Below, one piece after another: positions 1 through 11,689 of a stretch of DNA of 61,893 bases (its first letter is position 1; each line of letters begins with the position of its first letter). The notes under the pieces were generated by a model. The model was given only the letters and a program-made list of their open reading frames with translations. It made no database searches and was not told the origin of the DNA. Source of the DNA: Eledone cirrhosa (taxonomy: Eukaryota); the NCBI GenBank assembly GCA_964016885.1, contig CAXHJY010000540.1, forward strand, positions 1-61,893, given 5' to 3'. The translations under genes were made by a program, and so were the position numbers.

Positions 1-445
1 CCACCACCATCACTCCATGTCACCACCATCATCATCACCATCCTCTCCGTCACCATCATCACCATCATCACCATCATCATCACCATCATCACCATCATCA
101 CCATCACTCTGTCATCACTCTGTCATCACCATCATCATCACCATCATCACCATCACTCTGTCATCACCATCATCATCACCATCCTCACCATCATCACCAT
201 TACTCTGTCATCATCACCATTACTCTGTCATCATCATCATCACCATCCTCACCATCACCATCATTACCATCACTCTGTCATCACCATCATCATCACCATC
301 CTCACCACCATCACCATCACTCTGTCATCACCATCATCATCACCATCCTCACCACCATCACCATCACTCTGTCATCACCATCATCATCATCACCTTCATC
401 ACTGAACTCTTTACCATCATCATCATCTCTGTGTCATCGTCATCT
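1..445. repeat. Degenerate (CAT/CAC)n trinucleotide microsatellite
   Basis: Runs of catcac/catcat punctuated by ctctgt; the 148-aa ORF is only its translation. Confidence 0.95.
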
Positions 446-957
446 CTGTTATTTTTAAACTAGAATATTATAAATTGCATTAGATTACAAAACCATGATG
501 CATACACTTAGAGACACACTAAACACCACGACACCAGTGCACACTACCGCACTACACACTACACACTACCACACTACCACACTACCTACATCTCGTTAGT
601 GCTAACGATGTGTGTCTCTACAAGAGATTTTCTCACATCAATTCACTCTAACCTACATTAATTAAACTCTAAACTGAAGTACTACTACTCTAGCAGGATG
701 TGACCCTGTTTTATTGACATAGCCCGACAAAGGAGTTACCTCCTCCTTGCTACTTGTCAATTCGTAATAAACCAGTCAAGGGGTTGAAGGAGTTATCTTT
801 CTCTGTTTTTGTTGTCATCTTCATTTGTGAGAATTGAATTCCGTTAGTTTAGGTAATTGGAATATTTTACATACATGGTATATATATATATATATACGCA
901 CGTAAATATATATATATATATATATATGTGTGTGTATATCATTATCATGATGTATGT

Positions 958-989
<32 letters not shown>

Positions 990-1007
990 TATACTGGTAC
1001 CACAAAA

Positions 1008-1365
1008 CATCCAGCCCACACTGTAAAGTGATCGTGTAGGTGTCATGACAAAAAGCACCCAGCCCACACTGTAAAGTGGTCGTGTAGGTGTCACAACAAA
1101 AAGCACCCAGCCCACACTGTAAAGTGGTTGTGTAAGTGTCACGACAAAAAGCACCCAGCCCACACTGTAAAGTGGTCGTGTAGGTGTCACAACAAAAAGC
1201 ACCCAGCCCACACTGTAAAGTGGGTTGCGTAGGTGTCACGACAAAAAGCACCCAGCTCACACTGTAGAGTGGGTTGCGTAGGTGTCACGACAAAAAGCAC
1301 CCAGCCCACACTGTAAAGTGGGTTGTGTAGGTGTCACGACAAAAAGCACCCAGCCCACACTGTAG
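1008..1365 (+). repeat. 48-49 bp minisatellite (~7.5 copies) derived from the central part of SINE family B
   Basis: Unit aaaagcacccagcccacactgtaaagtggtcgtgtaggtgtcacgaca recurs at 1051, 1099, 1147, 1195, 1244, 1293, 1342; matches the segment aaaagcacccagcactcactgtaaatg in the SINEs at 15580 and 18794. Confidence 0.85.
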
Positions 1366-1539
1366 AGATATGTGTAAAAGACATGGCAAAAGCATCCAGC
1401 CATAGAAAACCAACCCCAAAACACCCAGTGACACTGTCAATGTGGTTGGTGTTAGGAAGGGCATGTAAGAGAAAGTCTTTACCATGAAAATACAATATAT
1501 ATATAGAGAGAGAGAGTAATGTAAATGCTAAAGGGTTAA

Positions 1540-3200
1540 GCTGGTGTTTAGAACATAACTCAATGAAAATTATTACTTAGAATTATGATGGAAGGTTTTT
1601 AGATAAATATAAACATTTTAAAATAAAGTTTTGTTACAATGAGCCAAGGATGGCTCTCAGTCAGTTTAGTTTCAAATGGTTTGGAAGAGTTTTGTAACAT
1701 TGAGCCAAGGATGGCTCTCAGTCAGTTTAGTATCAAATGGTTTGGAACAGTTTTGTAACATTGAACCAAGGATGGCTCTCAGTCAGTTTAGTATCAAATG
1801 GTTTGGAACAGTTTTGTAACATTGAACCAAGGATGGCTTCAGTCAGTTTAGTATCAAATGGTTTGGAACAGTTTTGTAACATTGAACCAAGGATGGCTTC
1901 AGTCAGTTTGGTATCAAATGGTTTGGAACAGTTTTGTAACATTGAACCAAGGATGGCTTCAGTCAGTTTGGTATCAAATGGTTTGGAACAGTTTTGTAAC
2001 ATTGAACCAAGGATGGCTTCAGTCAGTTTAGTATCAAATGGTTTGGAACAGTCTTGTAACATTGAACCAAGGATGGCTTCAGTCAGTTTAGTATCAAATG
2101 GTTTGGAACAGTTTTGTAACATTGAACCAAGGACGGCTTCAGTCAGTTTAGTATCAAATGGTTTGGAAGAGTTTTGTAACATTGAACCAAGGATGGCTTC
2201 AGTCAGTTTAGTATCAAATGGTTTGGAAGTTTTGTAACATTGAACCAAGGATGGCTTCAGTCAGTTTAGTATCAAATGGTTTGGAACAGTTTTGTAACAT
2301 TGAACCAAGGACGGCTTCAGTCAGTTTAGTATCAAATGGTTTGGAATAGTTTTGTAACATTGAACCAAGGATGGCTTCAGTCAGTTTAGTATCAAATGGT
2401 TTGGAACAGTTTTGTAACATTGAACCAAGGATGGCTTCAGTCAGTTTAGTATCAAATGGTTTGGAAGAGTTTTGTAACATTGAACCAAGGATGGCTTCAG
2501 TCAGTTTAGTATCAAATGGTTTGGAATAGTTTTGTAACATTGAACCAAGAATGGCTTCAGTCAGTTTAGTATCAAATGGTTTGGAAGAGTTTTGTAACAT
2601 TGAACCAAGGATGGCTTCAGTCAGTTTAGTATCAAATGGTTTGGAATAGTTTTGTAACATTGAACCAAGGATGGCTTCAGTCAGTTTAGTATCAAATGGT
2701 TTGGAACAGTTTTGTAACATTGAACCAAGGATGGCTTCAGTCAGTTTAGTATCAAATGGTTTGGAATAGTTTTGTAACATTGAACCAAGGATGGCTTCAG
2801 TCAGTTTAGTATCAAATGGTTTGGAAAAGTTTTGTAACATTGAACCAAGGATGGCTTCAGTCAGTTTAGTATCAAATGGTTTGGAACAGTTTTGTTACAT
2901 TGAACCAAGGATGGCTTCAAACAGTTTGGTATCAAATAGTTTGGAACAGTTTTGTAACATTGAACCAAGGATGGCTTCAAACAGTTTGGTATCAAATAGT
3001 TTGGAACAGTTTTGTAACATTGAACCAAGGATGGCTCTCAGTCAGTTTAGTATCAAATGGTTTGGAACAGTTTAGTATCAAATGGTTTGGAACAGTTTAG
3101 TTTCAAATGGTTTGGAATAGTTTAGTATGAAATGGTTTGGAACTATTTTGTAACATTGAACCAAGGATGGTTTCAGGCAGTTTGGTATCAAATGGTTTAA
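1540..3200 (-). repeat. 60-bp tandem array (~26 copies) amplified from the end of a TTAA-CCC-type MITE
   Basis: Unit gttttgtaacattgaaccaaggatggcttcagtcagtttagtatcaaatggtttggaaca, very homogeneous from ~1630 to 3060; array ends in ggtatcaaatggtttaa (a degenerate ttaaccct-like terminus). Confidence 0.85.
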
Positions 3201-3204
3201 TAAA

Positions 3205-3750
3205 ATATGCAACCTTTGTTAAGTTATGTTCCAAACATCAACTTGGTAATGACAAAGTTAGCTATATTACTAAACCACTCTAAATACTTGATTATTTTCT
3301 AAATTTGAACATTTTTAAATAGTGTCTTTCATCAGAAATATTGTGACAAAAGGGTTACAGAAAGACCTTCTGTCATAATTTTATGTAAGAACCTTTATTA
3401 AGTTATGTTCCAAACACCAGTCAAAATTATTTGAACATTTTTAAATAGTGTCTTTCATTAGAAATATTGTAACAAAAGGGTTATAGAAAGACCTTCCATC
3501 ATAATTTTATGTAAGAACCTTTATTAAGTTATGTTCCAAACACCAGTCAAAGTTATTTGAACATTTTTAAACAGTGTCTTTCATTAGAAATCTGATATCA
3601 AAAGGGTTAAAGTATTTTATATTTATCTGAAGACTTTCCATCTTAATTTATGTAAGAACCTTTATTAAGTTATGTTCCAAACATCAGTCAAAATGATTTG
3701 AAGAGCTTTAAACTGTCTTTCATTAGAAATATTGTAACAAAAGGGTTAAC
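3205..3750 (+). repeat. Four diverged tandem copies (~125-150 bp) of a MITE end (piggyBac-like aaagggttaa terminus)
   Basis: Repeated aacctttattaagttatgttccaaacaccag...gaaatattgtaacaaaagggtta ending at ~3357, 3483, 3610, 3749. Confidence 0.65.
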
Positions 3751-3914
3751 AAATATTGTTTTGTTTGTTTTCTAGTCTTTTAATAATGGGTGTATTGTTG
3801 TTTGTATCATTTTGAAATGAGATCTTCCAATTCCCAGTTGGAATGGACTCTTCCTCTTACCCTCACTGACAATTACTTTGGTTTGGTTATTGTTAAACTA
3901 TGGTGCATATATCT

Positions 3915-4254
3915 CATCACACACACACACACATACATACAGGCACACATACACCAACACACACACTTTCATACAGGCACACATACACCAACACACACAC
4001 AGACGCATACATATATTCACTACACACCACACATACATACTCACTACATATACATACACACACATACTACACATGTTCATCACACATAACACATACATAC
4101 TCACCACACACACACACTACTTACTACCTCCCACTCTACCTCAATCTCAACCTCTTCCCTCTCCCCATCTCTCCCTCTTCTCTCTCTCTTCAGTATCAAT
4201 TAATTTTCCCCAGTAAAACCAACACCTCCCTCTCTTCCGTTCTCTCTCTCTCTC

Positions 4255-4333
<79 letters not shown>

Positions 4334-4555
4334 ATTCTTTATATATATCTCTCTCTCAACTCTACCTTTCTCTCTCTCCCACTCTTTATCTCTCTCTCAA
4401 CTCAACCTCTCTCTCTCCCATTCTTTATATATCTCTCTCTCTCAACTCTACCTTTCTCTCTCTCCCACTCTTTATCTATCTCTCCCTCTCAACTCTACCT
4501 TTCTCTCTCTCCCACTCTTTATCTCTCTCTCTCTATCTATCTATCTCTCTCTATC

Positions 4556-4586
<31 letters not shown>

Positions 4587-4590
4587 AACT
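3915..4590. repeat. (CA)n-rich then (CT)n microsatellite block
   Basis: Direct inspection; pure (CT)n at ~4260-4330. Confidence 0.95.
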
Positions 4591-4879
4591 CCAGTACCAA
4601 CAATTATATACACACCCACACACACACCTTCTTCTCCCACCAGTAATACCCCCCACATCTTCACCCACCCGCCTCTCACTCTCCATCAGTTAAAAAAGGA
4701 CCCCCCCCACACACACACACACAAAACAGCAAGAAAAATGTTAATGAACTCTCCCCACCATCACTCCCCTCCTCAACCCCCACCTTCCCCTCAACCCCCA
4801 CTTTCCCACCCACCCCACCTCCGAATAAAATATCAGAAGAAAGCATAATTTATTGATAAAAACAACTCAATAGATAAAG

Positions 4880-4911
<32 letters not shown>

Positions 4912-4918
4912 TGTGTGT

Positions 4919-4960
<42 letters not shown>

Positions 4961-5063
4961 GTGTGTGTGTGTGTATATATATATATGTGTGTATATATAT
5001 GTGTGTGTGTGTATATATATATATGTGTGTATATATATGTGTGTGTGTGTGTATATATATATA

Positions 5064-5097
<34 letters not shown>

Positions 5098-5278
5098 AAC
5101 AACAACTATGTTTTATGACTTTTGTTGTTTTAGCATTTTATTATTTTTATTTTTCTGTCCTTCTGGGGTTTTTTTTTTAGAATTTTGGGACAGAATTTTA
5201 TTTATTTATTTGTTAGTTTGTTTGTTTCTTTGTTTTTATTTCAAAGACATCTTCATTACAATCATTCCATTGTTTGTA

Positions 5279-5318
<40 letters not shown>

Positions 5319-5822
5319 ATATTACAATACCCAAACACTAGAAGGAAATAATTAGAAAGTAATAAATATTCAATATGAAACATATAATTATGGGGGGGAG
5401 GTATGTTTTTCGTATGTTTTACATATGTTTTTTTGTATTAATTCTGTGTAGAAAGTAAAGAATGCCATTGGATAATTTTCGAAGGATTGTTATTTCATGA
5501 TAACAATAGAAGGTTAAATAACAGATGAACAGTATAAACCTCGAGGAGGTGAGGAAAGGGAGGCAACTCTTTAAATAGGCTACTTCCTGTAAATGTATGG
5601 TTTTATTCCAGACTAGCAGATGACAGGGATAATATTGTTCTACTTGTTGTTGTTGTTGTTGTTGTTAGTGTTGTTACAAAGCTAATTTCAACAACATTAA
5701 AAAAAAACGGGGGGTTTAAAATCTGGCTCGAGTCTGGTGCTAATCCCGATTTCTGTGATATTAGCCTTCTGGGCGCTCTAGGTGCATTCTGTCGCCGATT
5801 GTATTATCTCCCCTTACTATAT

Positions 5823-6415
5823 AATGGTTTCTTATATAGGCACAAGGCCAGCAATTTTTGGGGAAGGGGAAAGTCGATTAAATCGACCCCAGTACATTAC
5901 TGGTACTTTATTTCATCGACCCCGTAAGGATGAAAGGCAAAGTTAACCTCGGCGGGATTTGAACTCAGACCACAAAGGGCCGTAACTCTATGCTGCAAAG
6001 CATGGCGTCTGACTTTCTACCGATACTGCCAATCCACCACCCTTACTATATATAATTGTTTCTACTTTTTGGCACACACAAGGCCAACAATTACCCCAGT
6101 GCATTACTGGTACTTTATTTTTATCGGCCACCGTAAGGATGAAAGACAAAGTTGACATCGGCGGGATTTGAACTCGTGGCGTAAAGGGCCATGACTCTAT
6201 ACTGCCAAACCACTGCCCTAAAAATAATTGTTTCTATTTTGGGGGGCACAAGGCCAGCAAATATACCAGTGCATTACTGGTACTTTATTTTATCGGCCAC
6301 CGTAAGGATGAAATATCAAAGTTAACTTCGGCGGGATTTCAACTCAGACCATAAAGGGCCGTAACTCTTTTTTTGCTGCAAAGCATGGCGTCCGACCCTC
6401 TACCGATGCTGCCAA
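5823..6415 (-). mobile_element. Three tandem copies of tRNA-derived SINE family A
   Basis: Minus strand reads ggtggtggattggcagtatcggtag (A box) ... gagttcaaatcccgcc (B box) ... gcctttcatccttacggggtcgat ... gctggccttgtgcc with an (att)n-like tail; first copy flanked by direct repeat ccttactatata (5812/6041). Confidence 0.9.
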
Positions 6416-6684
6416 ATGCAGTGTCAAGGGAAGTAATTCATGAAGAACAACAACAACAACAACACCAACACAAACAATAGCAACAGTAGCTAGCCAAAGC
6501 AGTATATAGGTTATGCAATGGTAATTAAGTTGATGTCCTGACAGTGACATTTTCTCTGTAAAATACTAGAGTTTAGTTTGTGGAGAAACTAGAGAATATT
6601 ATAACTATTCTCTCTTAGCTGACATATTGGTTTAACCTTCAACAACCAGTCCAGATTAGAAAGACTAGCAGTAGACTAATATCA

Positions 6685-6727
6685 CTATATATATACACTG
6701 TATATATATATATACACTGTATATATG

Positions 6728-6758
<31 letters not shown>

Positions 6759-6847
6759 ATACACAACATATCATCATCACCATCATCACCATCATCATCA
6801 TCATCGTTTAACGTCCATATTCCACGCTTGCATGGGTTTGGACGGGA

Positions 6848-6918
<71 letters not shown>

Positions 6919-7101
6919 GTGTGTGTGTGGTGTGTGTGTGTGTGTACACTGCATATATATATATATGTGTGTGTATACACTGCATATATATATATATGTG
7001 TGTGTGTATGTATACACTGCATATATATATGTGTGTGTGTGTGTGTGTATATATACTGCATATATATATATATCTCTGTGTGTGTGCGTGTGGGTGTACA
7101 C

Positions 7102-7132
<31 letters not shown>

Positions 7133-7370
7133 GTGTGTGTGTGTGTATACTGTGTATATATATATATGTATATATATGTGTGTGTGCGTGTATACACTGT
7201 ATATATATATGTGTGTGTGTATGTATACACTGTATATATATATATATATGTGTGTGTGTGTATACACTATATGTGTGTGTGTGTATGTATACATTATATA
7301 TATATATGTGTGTGCGTATGTATACACTGTATATATATATATGTGTATGTGTGTGTGTATGTATACACTG

Positions 7371-7409
<39 letters not shown>

Positions 7410-7447
7410 ATACACTGTATATATATATGTGTGTGTGTGCGTGTGTT
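6685..7447. repeat. Compound (TA)n/(TG)n microsatellite punctuated by tacactg
   Basis: Direct inspection. Confidence 0.95.
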
Positions 7448-7477
7448 GATTGATCAATTCATTGACAGATAGATAGA

Positions 7478-8577
7478 TTTCTTTATTTGCCACAAGGGCG
7501 CACAAGAAAAGGGGACAATACAAAGACACATGCCGGGGATTTTACATACAGTCGTGTAAAAATATTGAAACAAACAAACAATTACAACAATCGAAATCCC
7601 CAATAGGGGTGAGGCGTCACAAATGGGTTGTTTGACACCCCGTAGATAGAACAACCCTCAACTCCAGGAGCGTGTTGTGCAAGTGCTCCCTTCTTCCTTT
7701 TGCTCTCTTCTTTAACCTACAGGCCTATATACAGAGAAGGCCCAATCACTCGAGCCATTTTCGCTTCATTCACCCACCTTTCAGTAAATTTACTGGGGTG
7801 CAGTGCCTCTCTTTCCACCCTGATTCTCCTTCTAAAGTGATACTTAAAGAAGGGAATCAATTGTTGTCCGGAGAGAAAGGCATCTGTCCTCAGTCCTCTC
7901 AACCTCGTCCACCATATAACACCTTTCACCATAGCCACCGTACAGAGGAAAACCGCCTCTCTTTCGTTTTTGAAAGAGGCTGGTGGTTTGATCCTTACTA
8001 TGGACTCGGCAGTCAACTGGATTTGTCCCATACGTGACAGCAGTTGTTCTGCATAGTTCCACAGGTCGGTTACGCCCGGGCAGTGTACAATTGGGTGCAG
8101 GACTGTTTCAATGCCCTGAGCGCATCTTGGACACATCCTCTTGGAAGGATCCCTGCCAGGGCGTCCGTGCCTGTAGATCTTGTCACCAACCGGTAGAGCT
8201 CCTCGGTAGCACTGCCAGGCCAGGGACCCCTGAAAGTTGTCCATAGGTCCCTGGTGGAAAGTCCTACCAAATAGACTGGTGAGCTCATCGTTTTTGATGC
8301 CCAGAGTCTCTCCGAGCACGTCGTCTCCCTTGTAACGTACAATCCCTCTATAGAATGTCGAAGTGGCGTCTCCATTGATTGCTGCGCCCGCTTGCCAGAG
8401 GACTGTGAGCGCCTGAGCGCATGAGCGCATTCAATGTGCCAGGCGCCCATCGTTTTCGGTCTTTTCTTGACCCAGGACTGCAGCTCCGTCAGCGAGACGA
8501 GCTGTGGGAAAGCCTGTCTCACAAACGGTGCCCACACCGGTTGGGGGTCGGTGAAGGATACCTGGAGATGTCGCAGT
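7478..8577 (-). mobile_element. 5'-truncated, frameshifted L1/Tx1-type LINE: ORF2 C-terminus with CCHC zinc motif plus 3' UTR and A-rich tail
   Basis: ORF 7717-8430 contains LAWQCYRGALPVGDK...CPRC...ETVLHPIVHCP...IWWTR, typical of the L1/Tx1 ORF2 C-terminal domain; continuation in another frame (8070-8537); aataaagaaat at the 3' end; both ends abut (GATA/GACA)n. Confidence 0.85.
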
Positions 8578-8829
8578 AGATAGATAGACAGACATACAGG
8601 GACAGTGTGGAGAGGGGGGAATAGAGAGAGAGAGAGAGAGAGCTAGAGTGGAGAGAGGGGGAATAGAGAGAGAGAGAGCTAGAGTGGAGAGAGGGGGAAT
8701 AGAGAGAGAGAGAGCATAAGTACTTCTCGTGCAGTCCTATCTCATATTCTCTACTTACTGAGAGGGAAATAGGAAGTGGAGAAGAAGAGAATGATTAAAA
8801 CTTTATGATGTCACTGCAGCTGCTGCTAT

Positions 8830-9005
8830 CAGACTGTAAGGTGGGGTGGGGTGGTGTGGACTGTAAGGTGGGGTGGTGCGGTCTGTAAGGTGCGGTGGGG
8901 TGGTACGGTCTGTAAGGTGGGGTGGTGCGGTCTGTAAGGTGGAGTGGTGGGGTGGTGTGGTCTGTAAGGTGTGGTGGTGCGGACTGTAAGGTGGGATGGT
9001 GTGGC
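8830..9005. repeat. G-rich ~22-30 bp minisatellite (ctgtaaggtggggtggtgcggt)
   Basis: About 7 copies of ctgtaaggtg followed by G/T-rich spacers. Confidence 0.85.
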
Positions 9006-9178
9006 AATATCATAACAATATGACCCTCCCCAAGTATAACAATATTTGTTTCAACACACAATTTTATATCAAAAACCTTGCAAAACAAAGTATATACATA
9101 CATATATATATATATATAGAGAGAGAGAGATATAGATAGGTAAATATACACGGGTGTGTATGATTGTGTATAGAAGAT

Positions 9179-9822
9179 TATATTAATAAGAGGAATTCCA
9201 ACTTTGTCTGATTTACTCGTTTTATTTACAATCCTTTAAAATATATATAATATGGTATTATAATGAAATAGTATGATAGAATATTAAATTCTAAGTGTTA
9301 ATTGAACAAGTACTTTCATGCTTTCGCAATCTTCAGGTTCATGATATGTGGTGACAGTCGAGTTTGCAACTTTCAACTGTAATGAGATGGGTAAATTTCC
9401 TACCTTTTATACATTTTATACAGAGAAAAGTGGCTCCAGAATGCAAAGCCCTGTAAACTGTATTTCGACCAATCAGTGTGTAGTTTCACTGAATTACTAC
9501 AGCTGATTGGTTTAAGCATCACGGCTGGTTGAGCATGCTAACGACCAATAGTCATATCCAACGTATCAATTGTTTTGCTTTTTTGAAATGATGAAAATAG
9601 CATTTTCTATTAATCATCACCATCAACATCACTTTTATTATTATTATTATTATTGTTGTTGTTGTTGTTGATTGCGAAAGCATGAAAGTACTTGTTCAAT
9701 TAACACTTAGAATTTAATATTCTATCATACTATTTCATTATAATACCATATTATATATATTTTAAAGGATTGTAAATAAAACGAGTAAATCAGACAAAGT
9801 TGGAATTCCTCTTATTAATATA
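9179..9822. mobile_element. Penelope-like pLTR remnant with ~153-bp inverted repeat
   Basis: 9179-9331 is the reverse complement of 9670-9822; the left arm runs into a hammerhead motif. Confidence 0.7.
9303..9341 (-). ncRNA. Minimal type I hammerhead ribozyme motif
   Basis: Minus strand: tgaac-CTGAAGA-ttgcgaaagcat-GAAA-gtac-TT-gttca; stem I tgaac/gttca, palindromic stem III. Confidence 0.75.
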
Positions 9823-9835
9823 TATATATATATAT

Positions 9836-10026
9836 GGGAAAATGTATAACCCCGACGGCAGAGCTCAAGCTGTTTCAACGGCTATTTCAGTCCAGAAATA
9901 GCCATCGAAACGGCTTGAGCTCTGCCATCGGAGTCATACATTTTCCTATTACCCACTCTACTACCCTAAGTATTGAGTACTCTGGTGCGTTATGGTCTAT
10001 CTGGTTCCTTACCACACCTCCTTCAT
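9836..10026. mobile_element. Hairpin element copy A (~110-nt palindrome plus ~80-nt tail on the right)
   Basis: ccccgacggcagagctcaagc...gcttgagctctgccatcgg, then tail tattacccactctactaccc...cacacctccttc; (TA)n on both sides; related copies at 46993, 49271, 49628. Confidence 0.75.
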
Positions 10027-10139
10027 TATATATATATATATGTGTATGTACATACATACATATATATATATATATACATACATATATATATATGAAAAAT
10101 TCAGGATCCCCAACAGCTATGTACATACATATATATATA

Positions 10140-10724
10140 TCTGTATATATATAAAACTGAAGTTTTGTGTGTGTGTGTGGACACTTTTTAATGAGGGCTC
10201 ATAGATTCTAAACCATTCATTCGATTTCTTTGAAATTTTTTACAGAGCTTCTCCTTGCACAAAACCTGTACATAATCTACAAAGGCTTTCAAAGATCAAT
10301 ATTGGGGCCTTTGGAGACATTAAAAAAGTTTCGGTTACTTGTGTCAATTTTCGTGATTAAGTAAGACAAGAGTTATCTTTCGTCAATACAATAGGAACTC
10401 ATTTTTGATGTTGTCAAAAATTTTGTTTTGGGATTTTGATTATTACAATTCGGCTCATTCGGATTTTACTTTATTCTTTGTACTTGAAACAAAAGGTTTT
10501 AACTGTTGTCAAAAAAATGTACACCTAGACTGGATTTCTGTTGTTACATGGTATAACGGATGACACCGAGCTCACATATTAATTATTTCGCTGGAATAGT
10601 GCCTAAGGTTTTCATGTTTACATAAAGCACATTTTTCTTCTATGTATTCAAATTTACTTTGTTTAGTTTAATGAACTACATCGAAAGCTACTTGAACCGT
10701 CCAAAGGACGGGTACTTTAGCTAG
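10140..10724 (+). mobile_element. Non-autonomous Helitron
   Basis: 5' A|TC (tctgtatatatataaaac), subterminal hairpin ccgtcc-aaa-ggacgg (10697-10711), 3' CTAG|T at 10721-10725, no TSD. Confidence 0.85.
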
Positions 10725-10726
10725 TG

Positions 10727-10772
<46 letters not shown>

Positions 10773-11067
10773 GAGGTATCCACAGTAAGTTGTGGGGTCT
10801 ATTCTGCATGAAGAACTCGATGTAATCCATATGTTGAAAATGGTGTAGGTTAAATAAAATTATTATTGCTTTTGACAACAGCTGGTGATATGCATGTAAG
10901 TAAATATTCTCTTTATCTGATATTTTGTAACTAACCTTACATAGATCAATTACTGAGTATAGCTACAATGTATTATCATCACCTAGAAACGATCGTAAAG
11001 CAGTGAAGTATATCTCTAATGACTTGATTTTTTTATTTCATTGTTTTAACTTATATATATATATGTA

Positions 11068-11100
<33 letters not shown>

Positions 11101-11512
11101 CCGGGAGAGATGACCCCTTAGCCTTTGTCAAGGCAGAATTCTAGGAGAAGGAAAACTCTGATATAACACCTGCAACCCTGATGGTTTCCAATGATGTTGA
11201 CTTGTTCTTCTTTTTGGTAAATATCATCTTGGTTAAGAGAGTGGGACTGGCTTTGTGCAGTGCCTTTGCTCACTATAAAAGCTTCACGGCACAGGCATTG
11301 CTTTATATCTGGAGATCTCTCTGCACTTGTCGTCACATGGTACCATGGGCCCAGCACTATGTGTCAATAATTGTCACAAGTGTAGTGTTTGTACCAGAGT
11401 TGTCAAGTCGCTGACTGGACTAAAAAGTCACACTCGTTCAGCGCATCGGTAGGGGTTCTCCTACATGGATATAAAGTAGTGGCCGTACTCGAAAACGAGT
11501 TGGCAGCCACCA
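11101..11512 (+). mobile_element. 5'-truncated copy of a bipartite non-autonomous RTE-like element
   Basis: Near identical to 57588-58000; flanked by (tatg)n. Confidence 0.8.
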
Positions 11513-11689
11513 TGTATGTATGTATGTATATATTTACAATTATCACTGATGTACATTATTACCATCAGCAGTAGCTGGGAGTTTATCCCTGTGCTGGAGT
11601 AGCATCCTATCCATGGGGAAGTCTTGTATACTCAGTCACTTTATGTCTATGAAACCAGGATATGCACTGACTTGATATTTGTGTGAGGG

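Noticed and set aside
1733-3075. 20-aa repeat ORFs on both strands
   Set aside because: Translation of a 60-bp array with frameshifting indels and a TE-derived unit.
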